A DNA stretch of 64,000 nucleotides from a virus: positions 36,579 through 100,578 of IMG/VR virus record IMGVR_UViG_3300042691_025170; one strand, given 5' to 3'. The position numbers and the translations under genes were made by a program. The notes beneath the pieces are model-generated. The model saw nothing but the letters and a program-made list of their open reading frames with translations, made no database searches and was not told where the DNA came from. Positions 30,967-40,540 of the stretch are shown in pieces. Positions within the stretch are counted from its first letter, which is position 1; every line of letters begins with the position of its first letter.

Positions 30967-31603
30967 GTTAAAAGGATTACTGACAGAAATTTTTACCAAA
31001 CCTTCTACATATGTGTGGAATGGTTATAAAATTCAAACAGGTAAAATATACAATAATCCATTTCATACTGCCTTTAGACCTCTTCAAGAAGCAGATGCAC
31101 CGGTAGGTAAAAAATTGAGAATATTTGATTTTGATGATACTTTAGTTAAAACCAATTCTTTCATATACATAAAACATAAAGATGGTAGAAAATCAAAATT
31201 GACACCTGGTGAATATGCTGTATACGAGCCAAAGGTTGGAGATGAATTTGATTTCTCAGACTTTGATAAAGTTAGTCAACCAAAAGAATTAAGACAAACG
31301 ACTAAAATACTAAAAAGGTTTGTACAATCGGAAGGTGAACGTAAAATTGTCATACTAACGGCAAGGTCTGCTTATAAACCAGTCAAAGATTATTTGAGAG
31401 ATATAGGATTTGATGGTATATATGTGGTAGCATTGGGAGACGCAGACCCACAAAAAAAAGCAGACTGGATTGAAGATAAGATAAAAACAGGATACACGGA
31501 TGTATTTTTTATTGATGATTCTCATAAAAATGTAAAAGCTGTATCGGATTTGAAGAAGAAGTATCCAGATGTGAAGTTTAAAATCCAACAGGCAAAGCAC
31601 TAA
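30959..31603 (+). CDS. HAD-superfamily phosphatase with N-terminal extension
   Basis: FDFDDTL, ILTAR, KKADWI, FIDDSHKN. Confidence 0.8.
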   Translation: MIKLKGLLTEIFTKPSTYVWNGYKIQTGKIYNNPFHTAFRPLQEADAPVGKKLRIFDFDDTLVKTNSFIYIKHKDGRKSKLTPGEYAVYEPKVGDEFDFSDFDKVSQPKELRQTTKILKRFVQSEGERKIVILTARSAYKPVKDYLRDIGFDGIYVVALGDADPQKKADWIEDKIKTGYTDVFFIDDSHKNVKAVSDLKKKYPDVKFKIQQAKH

Positions 31604-31911
31604 TGTTAGATATTATCAACTCTATAATATTTCATCCATATGTATTAGCTCTGTATGGTGTAACTTTATGGCAAATAGAGCAGTGGTTTACTTCTAGAAA
31701 ACCTTTTCTGTCATTTATAAAAGATGCACATAGAAACATAGGTCGTTCTCTCGTTTGGGTTGGTATAGTAGTAGTTTTTGATGATGAGATAATGGCTAAG
31801 TATAATCAATGGGCAGCTGTAGACTACTCTGATATACCTTTGTATTTTTACACCATAGCAGGATTTTTTATAGACTTAATAAGAACAAAAATAATAGACA
31901 AAGTAAAATAA
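31603..31911 (+). CDS. Small membrane protein
   Basis: Hydrophobic segments. Confidence 0.55.
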   Translation: MLDIINSIIFHPYVLALYGVTLWQIEQWFTSRKPFLSFIKDAHRNIGRSLVWVGIVVVFDDEIMAKYNQWAAVDYSDIPLYFYTIAGFFIDLIRTKIIDKVK

Positions 31912-32339
31912 TGGCAAAGATATACTGGTTACATGGTCAGCCCGGAAGTGGAAAGACTACAATTGCAAAAAGATTACAAATTTGGTTACAGACAGATAAA
32001 GTAAACTGGAGGAAGACAGTATTTCATATAGATGAATCTGATGTCAATAAATTATATGGAGGTAAAAATGATTTAGAAACGATAATAACTATATCTAAAT
32101 TTTTATTATCCACAAACCATGATGTAGTTGTATCAGCTTGTACACCATCTAAAAAATTTAGAAATAAACTCAAAGAAGAGACAAAAGTTCTTGAGATATA
32201 CTGCCACAGTCGTAATAAAATAGGTAAAGAAAAGCAAATAATACTTGAATACGAAACACCAGACCAAACATTTGTAGACTTAGATACTACTAGTGATACG
32301 GAAACTACTTTTGAAAAATTAATCAAAATGATAGTGTAA
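31911..32339 (+). CDS. Adenylylsulfate-kinase-like P-loop protein (divergent)
   Basis: IYWLHGQPGSGKTTIA, VVVSACTP..FR, YETP..LDT; the canonical LDGD reads IDES. Confidence 0.65.
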   Translation: MAKIYWLHGQPGSGKTTIAKRLQIWLQTDKVNWRKTVFHIDESDVNKLYGGKNDLETIITISKFLLSTNHDVVVSACTPSKKFRNKLKEETKVLEIYCHSRNKIGKEKQIILEYETPDQTFVDLDTTSDTETTFEKLIKMIV

Positions 32340-32388
32340 ATTTTTAGTATTATTATACATATACTTAGAATAGTTAAATTCTAACAGT

Positions 32389-32952
32389 ATGGAAAATGAA
32401 GACAGTTACTTACCACCGGAGGGTACAAGAATTACTAAACCCGGCTTAGGATCTAGACCTATATTAGAATCTCAAATAAAAGCAGCTCAATCAAAAGCTA
32501 AGTCTGCATTTGAAGCGGCTAGATTATTAAGAGTATCATATAACACATACAAAAAGTACGCTAGGTTATATGGTATATTTGAGAACTTAAAAAATCCAAC
32601 CGGAATAGGTATAAAGAGAAAGTTTGCAATAAGAAACAAGAAATACAAAATAGATGACCTAATAAATGGTAGAAATTTAAAATACCCACTGCATAAATAC
32701 AAGAACAAATTATTTGATAGTGGATACCTACCAAAAGTATGTGGTAGTTGCGGATTTAGTGAGTCTAGAATAACAGATGGTAAAATGCCATTACTTATTG
32801 ATTTTATAGATGGTAATCTTAATAATAGAAAGTTGGAAAACATTAGACCTTTGTGCTACAATTGTTTCTTTTTATTAGTAGGGGATAGAAACGGAAAAAA
32901 ATGGTATGCTGAACATGGTATACCAGAGGAACCGCAAGATTTGGTAAATTAA
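32389..32952 (+). CDS. HTH plus degenerate HNH-like Zn-binding protein
   Basis: EAARLLRVSYNTYKKY; CGSC...IDGN..NRKLENIRPLCYNC. Confidence 0.7.
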   Translation: MENEDSYLPPEGTRITKPGLGSRPILESQIKAAQSKAKSAFEAARLLRVSYNTYKKYARLYGIFENLKNPTGIGIKRKFAIRNKKYKIDDLINGRNLKYPLHKYKNKLFDSGYLPKVCGSCGFSESRITDGKMPLLIDFIDGNLNNRKLENIRPLCYNCFFLLVGDRNGKKWYAEHGIPEEPQDLVN

Positions 32953-32971
32953 AAAACTTGTACTATATTTG
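32940..32971 (+). promoter_or_regulatory. Bacteroidota primary-sigma promoter (-33 TTTG, -7 TAnnTTTG)
   Basis: TTTG-N20-TATATTTG. Confidence 0.75.
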
Positions 32972-33001
32972 GTCAATGTTAAACTTAAACAATTAAAATT
33001 T

Positions 33002-33208
33002 ATGGCAAAGTATTACACCGTTAATGTGGCAGTTGATTTTGAAGATGCAAAAGGAAAAGTTAAAAAGAAAAATGAACTTTATCTTGTAGATGCTCTTTCA
33101 GTTACTGAAGCAGAAGCAAAGCTTGTACAAAAGTTTACTAATGATGCAGTAAAACTTGAGTACGAAGTGGTTAAAGTATCAGAGACAAAAATCATTGATG
33201 TCCTCTAA
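33002..33208 (+). CDS. DUF4494-like protein (Bacteroidota family)
   Basis: GKVKKKNELYLVDALSVTEAEAK...VSETKIIDV. Confidence 0.75.
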   Translation: MAKYYTVNVAVDFEDAKGKVKKKNELYLVDALSVTEAEAKLVQKFTNDAVKLEYEVVKVSETKIIDVL

Positions 33209-34274
33209 TATAAATGATATGTTGAAACAAACAGAAACATTTCAGTACAAAGTAGAGTATGTATGGTTAGATGGGTACACACCAGAACCCAATCTTCGCT
33301 CTAAAACCAAAATTATTACCATAGAAAAAGAATATTCGCAAGATGATTTCTATACTGATGGATTGCAATTATCAGACCTACCGATTTGGAGTTTTGATGG
33401 TTCTTCTACAAAACAGGCTGAAGGTCATTTTTCCGATTGTCTTCTTAAACCAGTAAAGTTGGTAAGAGATACTCACCGTACATATGATAGTTGGATTGCA
33501 CTTTGTGAAGTTCTAAACGCGGATGGTACACCTCACTCATCAAATAAAAGAGCAACTCTGAAAGATGGAAATGATAACTGGTACGGATTTGAACAGGAGT
33601 ATACATTCGTAAAAGATGGACGGCCCGTTGGATTCCCTAAAGATGGGTATCCCGCTCCACAAGGACAATACTATTGTGGCGTTGGTGGTGGATTGGTTGC
33701 TGAAAGAAAAGCAGTAGAACAACATTTGGATATTTGTCTTTCGGCAGGTCTATCTATTACCGGAATAAATGCAGAGGTTCTATTGGGTCAATGGGAATTT
33801 CAAGTGTTTGGTAAAGGTGCAAAAGATGCATCCGACCAACTTTGGATTGCTAGATATTTCCTTCACAGAATTTCCGAAGAGTACGGATTCAAAGTAGAGT
33901 TTCATCCTAAACCACTAACAGGTGATTGGAATGGTTCTGGTCTCCACACCAATTTCTCTACCAAATCAATGAGAGAGACAGGTGGGAAGGATTTGTTTGA
34001 TAGAATCTTTACGGCATTTAAACAGAGACATAAAGAGCATATAGCAAACTATGGGTCATCCAACGAACAAAGATTGACGGGTAAACATGAGACACAATCA
34101 ATTGATAAATTCAGTTGGGGTATCTCTGATAGAGGTTCATCAATCAGAGTTCCTCTTCAAACTGCAAATGAATGGAAAGGATATGTGGAAGACCGTAGAC
34201 CGGCATCAAACGCAAACCCTTACGATATAGTTAAGGTTATAGAGGATTCATTGGAGATTGCAAAAGCATTCTAA
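33198..34274 (+). CDS. glnII: Glutamine synthetase type II
   Basis: EYVWLDG, LRSKTK, WSFDGSST.QAEG..SD, GFEQEY, PQGQYYCGVG, INAEV..GQWEFQV, DWNGSG.HTNFS, RLTGKHET, EDRRPASN. Confidence 0.95.
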   Translation: MSSNINDMLKQTETFQYKVEYVWLDGYTPEPNLRSKTKIITIEKEYSQDDFYTDGLQLSDLPIWSFDGSSTKQAEGHFSDCLLKPVKLVRDTHRTYDSWIALCEVLNADGTPHSSNKRATLKDGNDNWYGFEQEYTFVKDGRPVGFPKDGYPAPQGQYYCGVGGGLVAERKAVEQHLDICLSAGLSITGINAEVLLGQWEFQVFGKGAKDASDQLWIARYFLHRISEEYGFKVEFHPKPLTGDWNGSGLHTNFSTKSMRETGGKDLFDRIFTAFKQRHKEHIANYGSSNEQRLTGKHETQSIDKFSWGISDRGSSIRVPLQTANEWKGYVEDRRPASNANPYDIVKVIEDSLEIAKAF

Positions 34275-34279
34275 ACGAT

Positions 34280-34525
34280 ATGGAGAAAGAGATTAAGGAG
34301 CAAAAAGAATTAGTCCTTAAAAGAGTACCCCCCGGCGATAGATGGATATTCGCTGAGGGGCGTTCTCCTATTTTTGGATCACTAACCGATGCATTAGAAG
34401 CATGGTATCAAGAACATGGAGATACTAAGTTCTATATGGATGCTCGTAAAGGAACTGTTGAGATAGTCATGGAAGAAGAAGTTGAGGTGCCGGTAAAGAG
34501 ATTTTCTTTGTATGGAGAGGAATAA
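34280..34525 (+). CDS. Hypothetical protein
   Basis: ORF in operon context. Confidence 0.55.
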   Translation: MEKEIKEQKELVLKRVPPGDRWIFAEGRSPIFGSLTDALEAWYQEHGDTKFYMDARKGTVEIVMEEEVEVPVKRFSLYGEE

Positions 34526-34577
34526 TTTTTTTTAAAGAAAGCAATATTTATTTTATATAAACTTAAACAACAAAACT

Positions 34578-34751
34578 ATGGAAGTATTATTTGGAATTTT
34601 AGTAGGTCTTACAATAGCATTCATCTATGTTAATTGGAAAAACATGAACAAACCATCGGATAATAAAACAAACACTACTAACAATGGTGGTGGATATACA
34701 TCTGTAAATGATGGTGTAGCTGGTGAATTGCCCAAAGATAACATCAAATAA
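34578..34751 (+). CDS. 57-aa single-TM protein (not in ORF track)
   Basis: MEVLFGILVGLTIAFIYVNW...; A-rich leader; fills the gap. Confidence 0.55.
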   Translation: MEVLFGILVGLTIAFIYVNWKNMNKPSDNKTNTTNNGGGYTSVNDGVAGELPKDNIK

Positions 34752-34758
34752 TAGTAAA

Positions 34759-35058
34759 ATGGGATTCATTTCATTTGTAAAAAAATTTTTCGGAGCAAAA
34801 GAAATTGTTACCGAAATAAAACCACAACTTGAAGAGGTTAAACCAACAATACTCAATCCTACGGAAGAGCCAAAAATACTTCCTTCACACGAAACTTTAT
34901 ACATTCAACACTCGGATACGGTTAATAACCAAATAACAGATAGTGTTACTGTAACTAAAGATAATCCTAAAAAAGAAGTTACTAAAAAACGTAAATATTA
35001 TAAACCAAAAAAGAAAGTTACAACAAAGCCAGCTAATAAAAAGCGAGCTACCAAGTAA
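34759..35058 (+). CDS. Hypothetical protein with Lys-rich tail
   Basis: MGFISFVKKFFG...KKRKYYKPKKK. Confidence 0.55.
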   Translation: MGFISFVKKFFGAKEIVTEIKPQLEEVKPTILNPTEEPKILPSHETLYIQHSDTVNNQITDSVTVTKDNPKKEVTKKRKYYKPKKKVTTKPANKKRATK

Positions 35059-35060
35059 CT

Positions 35061-35195
35061 ATGGCAAAGGTTAATAAAAAAGCCGGTATGAATATCGGCA
35101 AAATCAGTTTCGGAAAACGTAGAAAAGGAGTAGCTAAAAAAAGCTATGGCCCAAAAGAAGAAAAACCTAAAGCTTATAAAGGTCAAGGTAGATAA
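35061..35195 (+). CDS. 44-aa basic peptide ending KAYKGQGR (not in ORF track)
   Basis: MAKVNKKAGMNIGKISFGKRRKGVAKKSYGPKEEKPKAYKGQGR fits exactly between neighbours. Confidence 0.65.
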   Translation: MAKVNKKAGMNIGKISFGKRRKGVAKKSYGPKEEKPKAYKGQGR

Positions 35196-35206
35196 TATTA
35201 TCAATC

Positions 35207-36457
35207 ATGAGGAGTCAAAAGTATTATAGAGAGATATACACATTCTTAAATGAAGATGATTCTGATAGATATGTTCATATAGGTTATGGCCGATATAAAG
35301 AAAAGGGTAAAGAAAAAGACAAAGATTCTCAAACTTTTAAAAAAGAAAAATCAGGAAAATTTGTACCAGTAGGTACAGATGAACCGGTTGAAAAACCAAA
35401 AACAATTGGTAAAGACGCAGATGCTACCGATAAAGCAAAAGAACCTGCTAAAGATAAACCTGATGCAAAACCTGAAAAGTCAAAACAAGCAGAACCACAA
35501 AAATTAAAAGCAGCTGACTTTAAAAGTGCAGCAGAAAAAGATGCTGAAGCAGATACTGAGGTAGATGATGAGTGGGAAAAAATGCCATTCAAAGAAAAGT
35601 TAAAAGTTTTAGCTAAAGCTTTTAGTGATTGGTGGGATGATAATAATGCTTGGAAAGAAAAACCAAAAGGTAGTAGACCAGACACGGAAAAAAGTCAAAG
35701 GTCAAAAGATACGGCTAAGTTAAGAGACTTAATGCCGGGCGGAGACTTTACAAAAAGACCACTAAGTTCAATTCCTAAAGTAGAATTAGACAAGGTTGCA
35801 ACAAAAATAGATGACCTTGCTAGGATGGGTAAAGAAGCAAAGGAAAAAGGTGAAAAAGCTCCTAACTATAATCTATGTCAAGTATCTATTCCAGGCACTA
35901 ATTTATATTGTAGTGGAAATAAAGGTATTCCAAGAGCAGAAATGCCGCAATTCAAAGGAACACCTGAACCTGGCTCTCGTGCAGAAAAACTTCCAAAGGA
36001 TAAGAATGGTGAAGTAGATACTGAAGAATTTTTCAAACAAATGTTAGAAAAAGATGGTGTTAAAGTTTCCGAACCAACCGCAGTTCCTCCGGACAGATTG
36101 AAATCAACTCAATCGGAATTAGTTGGTGTAAAAGTTGCAGGTATGTCACAAGTTCTTGACGCCGGTGCAAACCATCCTGCATATGGAGCCATAACGGCAC
36201 CTATATATGTGAGTAATGATGGATATGTATTAGATGGTCACCATCGTTGGGCAGCAGTAGTTGCTCATAATGCAAAAAATCCAGATAATCAAATACCAAT
36301 GAACGTAAGAGTTATTGATGAACCAATAGAACCATTAGTTAAAAGGTCTAACAAATTCGCAGAAGATATTGGAATTAAACCAAAAGCAGCAGATACTGGT
36401 TCCTCAGGCGGGCCAGCACCAATAGCTGAAAAAAAATCAATTCATAGAAGAAAATGA
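35207..36457 (+). CDS. Protein with low-complexity N-half and C-terminal ParB/Srx-like domain
   Basis: LKSTQSEL, PIYVSNDGYVLDGHHRWAA. Confidence 0.7.
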   Translation: MRSQKYYREIYTFLNEDDSDRYVHIGYGRYKEKGKEKDKDSQTFKKEKSGKFVPVGTDEPVEKPKTIGKDADATDKAKEPAKDKPDAKPEKSKQAEPQKLKAADFKSAAEKDAEADTEVDDEWEKMPFKEKLKVLAKAFSDWWDDNNAWKEKPKGSRPDTEKSQRSKDTAKLRDLMPGGDFTKRPLSSIPKVELDKVATKIDDLARMGKEAKEKGEKAPNYNLCQVSIPGTNLYCSGNKGIPRAEMPQFKGTPEPGSRAEKLPKDKNGEVDTEEFFKQMLEKDGVKVSEPTAVPPDRLKSTQSELVGVKVAGMSQVLDAGANHPAYGAITAPIYVSNDGYVLDGHHRWAAVVAHNAKNPDNQIPMNVRVIDEPIEPLVKRSNKFAEDIGIKPKAADTGSSGGPAPIAEKKSIHRRK

Positions 36458-37098
36458 GTGTGTTAAAAGACATAAAAAACATTGCTATATTAATACTTTT
36501 AGCAGTAGTAATTGTTTCACAATTCAAAGGATGTACACCTTCTTGGCCATGGGGAGATAGTAAATCCGATACAACTGTAGTGGTTGATACAACTTATGTT
36601 AAAGTTAAAGAGGAGGTGCCTGTATATGTTCCAAAATGGAGGACAAAATTAAAAACCGATACACTTGAAATTGAAAAAATAAAAGATGTAGATACTGCTG
36701 CAATATTAGCTGACTACTACTCAAAATATCAGTATATAGATACTCTTAAATTATCTTATACAGATAGTTTGGGTAAAAAACTCACATTTGGAACAGGTGT
36801 AGTAACTGATACAATATCAAGAAATACAATTACTGGTAGAAGCATTATATGGAACTATCAGATACCTTATATAACTAAAACAATTACAATATATCCACCG
36901 GCACGTAGACAATTATATGTAGGAGCAGGTACTGCTTTTAATAGAACTAATTTTGTAGACAATGTATCCGGTGGATTGATATATAAGAATAAGGAAGACA
37001 AAATATATCAATTTAGTCTTGGTTTGGGAAATCATGGAGGAGGAGTATCACCATTTGTCGGTGCTGGTATATACTGGAAAATAAAGTTAAAGAAATAA
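36454..37098 (+). CDS. Exported/membrane-anchored protein
   Basis: N-terminal TM then repeated DT motifs and amphipathic beta C-terminus (GIYWKIKLKK). Confidence 0.6.
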   Translation: MSVLKDIKNIAILILLAVVIVSQFKGCTPSWPWGDSKSDTTVVVDTTYVKVKEEVPVYVPKWRTKLKTDTLEIEKIKDVDTAAILADYYSKYQYIDTLKLSYTDSLGKKLTFGTGVVTDTISRNTITGRSIIWNYQIPYITKTITIYPPARRQLYVGAGTAFNRTNFVDNVSGGLIYKNKEDKIYQFSLGLGNHGGGVSPFVGAGIYWKIKLKK

Positions 37099-37165
37099 AT
37101 AATATCGTACTCATTTCCTATATTTATTGTGGGTAATTGTTACACTATAAAAATATGTAGCAATT

Positions 37166-37435
37166 ATGAATAATTCAAAAAATGTCATGGGATTTTTAGG
37201 ATCCCTTTTAGTAATGGGTATAGCAATATCCATATTTTTTATGCTTATGTCAAATGAAATGCCAGCTAGTAACAGAGAATTACTGATAGCTTTTGTATCC
37301 GTTTTATTTGGCGCAATGGCTGGTAGTATTAAGAAAATTACCGGAGATGATGATAGTTCTAGCATATTGAGAGAATTGGAAAAGAAAAATGAATATTTAG
37401 AACAAAGAATTAAAGACCTAACTGGAAAAAAATAA
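37166..37435 (+). CDS. Two-TM membrane protein (holin-like topology)
   Basis: Two hydrophobic helices and charged coiled C-tail. Confidence 0.55.
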   Translation: MNNSKNVMGFLGSLLVMGIAISIFFMLMSNEMPASNRELLIAFVSVLFGAMAGSIKKITGDDDSSSILRELEKKNEYLEQRIKDLTGKK

Positions 37436-37710
37436 TGAGAACGAGAGACATAATACTATTAGGAATAGGAACTATTGCTATTTTGGTTTTCATTGGAATA
37501 ATGTTTGATTATTATCTTAAGACACAAGAGACTCAGATAATAAAGAAAAATGTATACTACGACTCTTTATTATTAGACGAACAAATTCTCCTAAAAAAGA
37601 AAGATAGTCTGATACAATTGGAAGGCAATCAAATAAAAAACAAACTCGGTAATCACGAGTATAGATTAAAAAAAATAGAAAAAGTTATTGAAAATATGGA
37701 AAAAAAGTAG
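37435..37710 (+). CDS. Single-TM coiled-coil protein
   Basis: Hydropathy by eye. Confidence 0.55.
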   Translation: MRTRDIILLGIGTIAILVFIGIMFDYYLKTQETQIIKKNVYYDSLLLDEQILLKKKDSLIQLEGNQIKNKLGNHEYRLKKIEKVIENMEKK

Positions 37711-37742
37711 TATATTCGTACTACCTAAAATAAAAAGTTATT

Positions 37743-37931
37743 ATGAAAAAATTTAGTGAGTTTATTACAGCATTGTTAGTATCAATAACTATTGGTCTGG
37801 CAATATCTTATGCGACGATTTTGATACCATTTATGGTAGACATCTCATTTCTTGAAGCTGTGGCTGTGTATCATTTTTGGATACACTTGGCAAACTACTT
37901 AAAGACTTACGAGCAAGTGGAAGAAGAATAA
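37743..37931 (+). CDS. Small membrane protein
   Basis: Hydrophobic 62 aa. Confidence 0.5.
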   Translation: MKKFSEFITALLVSITIGLAISYATILIPFMVDISFLEAVAVYHFWIHLANYLKTYEQVEEE

Positions 37932-37999
37932 TATTATTTTATACTTATTCAATAGTATGTAATAAATTATGTAAAAAACAATTTAAACCCATATAGAAG

Positions 38000-38725
38000 A
38001 TGGTAAGATTATCAGAAAAACTTACAATAGTAATACCATCTAAAGATGAAAAGTGGATTATATTAGATTGTTTAGAACTTATATCGCAGCAAATTGGAAT
38101 AGAAGGCACTAGAGTAATTATAGCTGACAGCTCTGAGATATATTTTTCACAATACATACTTAAGAATTTTTCAAAACGATTCAAGTCAAAACTTAATATT
38201 GACATAATAAGAGGTGGACTACCTTCTGAAGCTAGATTATTTGGTAGTAGATGTGTTACCACTCCGTTTGTCTTGTTTTTGGATGCCGATATATGTTTAT
38301 TGGACAACAAATTGTTACAAAATATATTTGATGAAAAATTTTTAACTGAAGATATAGATTTGTTGACAACCAATATAACAACGGATTCTAAATACGATTT
38401 GTACTACAGAGTTTTTGATTTTATACAAAAAATATCTTTAAAGATTAATTCACCATTTGCGGTAGGGTCTTTTCAGTTATGGAGATTGGAAGCGTATTGG
38501 AATACAGGTGGATTTGTTCCAACACAAAAATTTGCAGAAGACTATTGGCTTTCAAAGCAAGTAAATCCAAAAGCATTTAAAGTTTTTAATACCAACAAGG
38601 TTTGGACTTATCCACGAAGATTCAAGAAAAAATCAAAGTTGTACATGATTAAGATGTTAATAAAATCATACTTAAACAGAAACAATCCATCTTTCTTTGA
38701 TAAAGATCACGACTATTGGAAATAA
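38000..38725 (+). CDS. Glycosyltransferase GT2
   Basis: LTIVIPSKDE, IIADSS, LFLDAD, GGF..FAEDY.LS. Confidence 0.88.
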   Translation: MVRLSEKLTIVIPSKDEKWIILDCLELISQQIGIEGTRVIIADSSEIYFSQYILKNFSKRFKSKLNIDIIRGGLPSEARLFGSRCVTTPFVLFLDADICLLDNKLLQNIFDEKFLTEDIDLLTTNITTDSKYDLYYRVFDFIQKISLKINSPFAVGSFQLWRLEAYWNTGGFVPTQKFAEDYWLSKQVNPKAFKVFNTNKVWTYPRRFKKKSKLYMIKMLIKSYLNRNNPSFFDKDHDYWK

Positions 38726-38767
38726 TTAAAAGTTTACATATATTTGAAAACAAAAAAGTTATAAATT

Positions 38768-39130
38768 ATGGAAGAGCAAGTAAAATACAATGAATTAGAC
38801 CCTGTAAAATATGTTGAGGCAAAGTACCCAGAAACATGCGCTGAGTATAAAAAAATTATGTTAGAAGGTTATGAAACATTTTGTCGTAAACAAATGAATT
38901 ATGGACCAGATAACATAGCCGTTGGTACATCATTAAAAACCGATGATGACATCAAATTATCACTAACGGGAATTTGGTTTCGTGCAAATGACAAAATTCA
39001 GAGATTAAAAAATTTAGTTGTGTTGGGAAAGCCTGACCAAGTTGGTGAATCCATAGATGATACTCTACAAGACTTGGGAGTATATTCAATTATTGCACAA
39101 ATAGTAAAACGTAAAAAGTGGGCAAAATGA
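38768..39130 (+). CDS. DUF1599 / nucleotide-modification-associated domain 1-like protein
   Basis: KQMNYGPDNI, RANDKIQRLKNL, ESIDDTLQDLGVYSIIA. Confidence 0.75.
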   Translation: MEEQVKYNELDPVKYVEAKYPETCAEYKKIMLEGYETFCRKQMNYGPDNIAVGTSLKTDDDIKLSLTGIWFRANDKIQRLKNLVVLGKPDQVGESIDDTLQDLGVYSIIAQIVKRKKWAK

Positions 39131-40338
39131 GAAATATCAAAGTTAAAGAAATGATTAAGGATATAGACATCGATGATTTTTCCAGATATGAAAATAAAGC
39201 ATTTGCCTCAATGAAAAAACAAAATTTTGGTTGGTATCGTCCAGCCGATAATGATGAGTTTCCAGTTGGGACATATATGGAATCAGTAACTGGCCGTGGT
39301 ATAAAATATTACTTCAAAAGTTCTGGCTCATCTAATAATAGATTGTGTCACAATGTTGATGATGCTAACACCATCATAAAAAAATATAACTTTAGTAAAG
39401 TATATGCACAAGACTATTATGAAGATGAGGATAAAATTATCTACTCAAGAAATGTTTACGAGTTAGTTACAGATGATGGTATGTTTGTACTATCTGTATC
39501 CAATGTTCCAAATTTACCTTTTGGTATTAAGGGTAAAAAATCATCCAGCAAGGATAATGTTTATATTGGACTTAGTGGTAACGGAAAAGAAGAGCTGTAT
39601 GAGGAGATAAGAAATGAGATAATATCCAGCTATCGTAAACCGGCAGTTCCTCCAAATAATGTTTACTTGGTAGTTCAATCACATGGTGGTTATGATGTTG
39701 AAATGTTTGATTTACCAAAACAAAAAATTGATATAGAGTTAAATTATGGTTCAGAATTTATACCTATACACAAAAAGATTATAGAAACTCTAAACACACA
39801 GAAGAGTAAAGGTCTTGTCTTGTTACATGGTGAACCTGGAACAGGAAAAACTCACTACTTGAAATACATAGCTAGTAAAGTTAAAGATAAAAAAGTTTTA
39901 TTTATTCCACCATTTCTTGCCGAGTTTATTACTTCACCACAAATGACGCCGTTCTTAATTGATAATGCAAATTCGGTTTTGTTTATAGAAGATGCAGAAC
40001 GAGTAATAACCGACAGAAATGAGAATGGTAGCAATGGTGTATCAAATATTCTTAACATTACCGATGGTATTCTTTCGGACATTCTTAATATTCAAATTGT
40101 TGCAACCTTCAACATGGATAAAAAGAAAATTGACTCTGCTCTACTCCGTAAAGGTCGTCTTATAGCTGAGCATAGATTTGATGCACTATCGGTTGAAGAT
40201 AGTAACAAACTTTTGAAACATTTAGGTTCAGATTACGTTACATCAAAAGAAATGACCTTGACAGAAATATATAATTATAAAGATGAACATTATGTATCTG
40301 AAGAAAAACGTACAGTAATAGGATTTAGACCTCGTTAA
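39127..40338 (+). CDS. AAA+ ATPase
   Basis: LLHGEPGTGKT, FIEDAE, ILNITDG, ATFN, IDSALLRKGRL. Confidence 0.9.
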   Translation: MRNIKVKEMIKDIDIDDFSRYENKAFASMKKQNFGWYRPADNDEFPVGTYMESVTGRGIKYYFKSSGSSNNRLCHNVDDANTIIKKYNFSKVYAQDYYEDEDKIIYSRNVYELVTDDGMFVLSVSNVPNLPFGIKGKKSSSKDNVYIGLSGNGKEELYEEIRNEIISSYRKPAVPPNNVYLVVQSHGGYDVEMFDLPKQKIDIELNYGSEFIPIHKKIIETLNTQKSKGLVLLHGEPGTGKTHYLKYIASKVKDKKVLFIPPFLAEFITSPQMTPFLIDNANSVLFIEDAERVITDRNENGSNGVSNILNITDGILSDILNIQIVATFNMDKKKIDSALLRKGRLIAEHRFDALSVEDSNKLLKHLGSDYVTSKEMTLTEIYNYKDEHYVSEEKRTVIGFRPR

Positions 40339-40348
40339 TTACATTCAT

Positions 40349-40540
40349 ATGTCAAATCATAGAGATATAAAACCAGATGAAAAAGTTTGCTTTAATTGCA
40401 AACATATGCTATGGATGGTTGGCATAGGTGCAGGTGTAAGATGTGGTTATGCTGCAGATAGTAAAACACTAATTCCTATGATTCCGCATTTAAAACACAC
40501 ATGCGATAAATTTGAAAATAAAAATGAAAAACAAAGTTGA
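40349..40540 (+). CDS. Small Cys-rich protein
   Basis: CFNCKH..C..CDKF. Confidence 0.55.
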   Translation: MSNHRDIKPDEKVCFNCKHMLWMVGIGAGVRCGYAADSKTLIPMIPHLKHTCDKFENKNEKQS

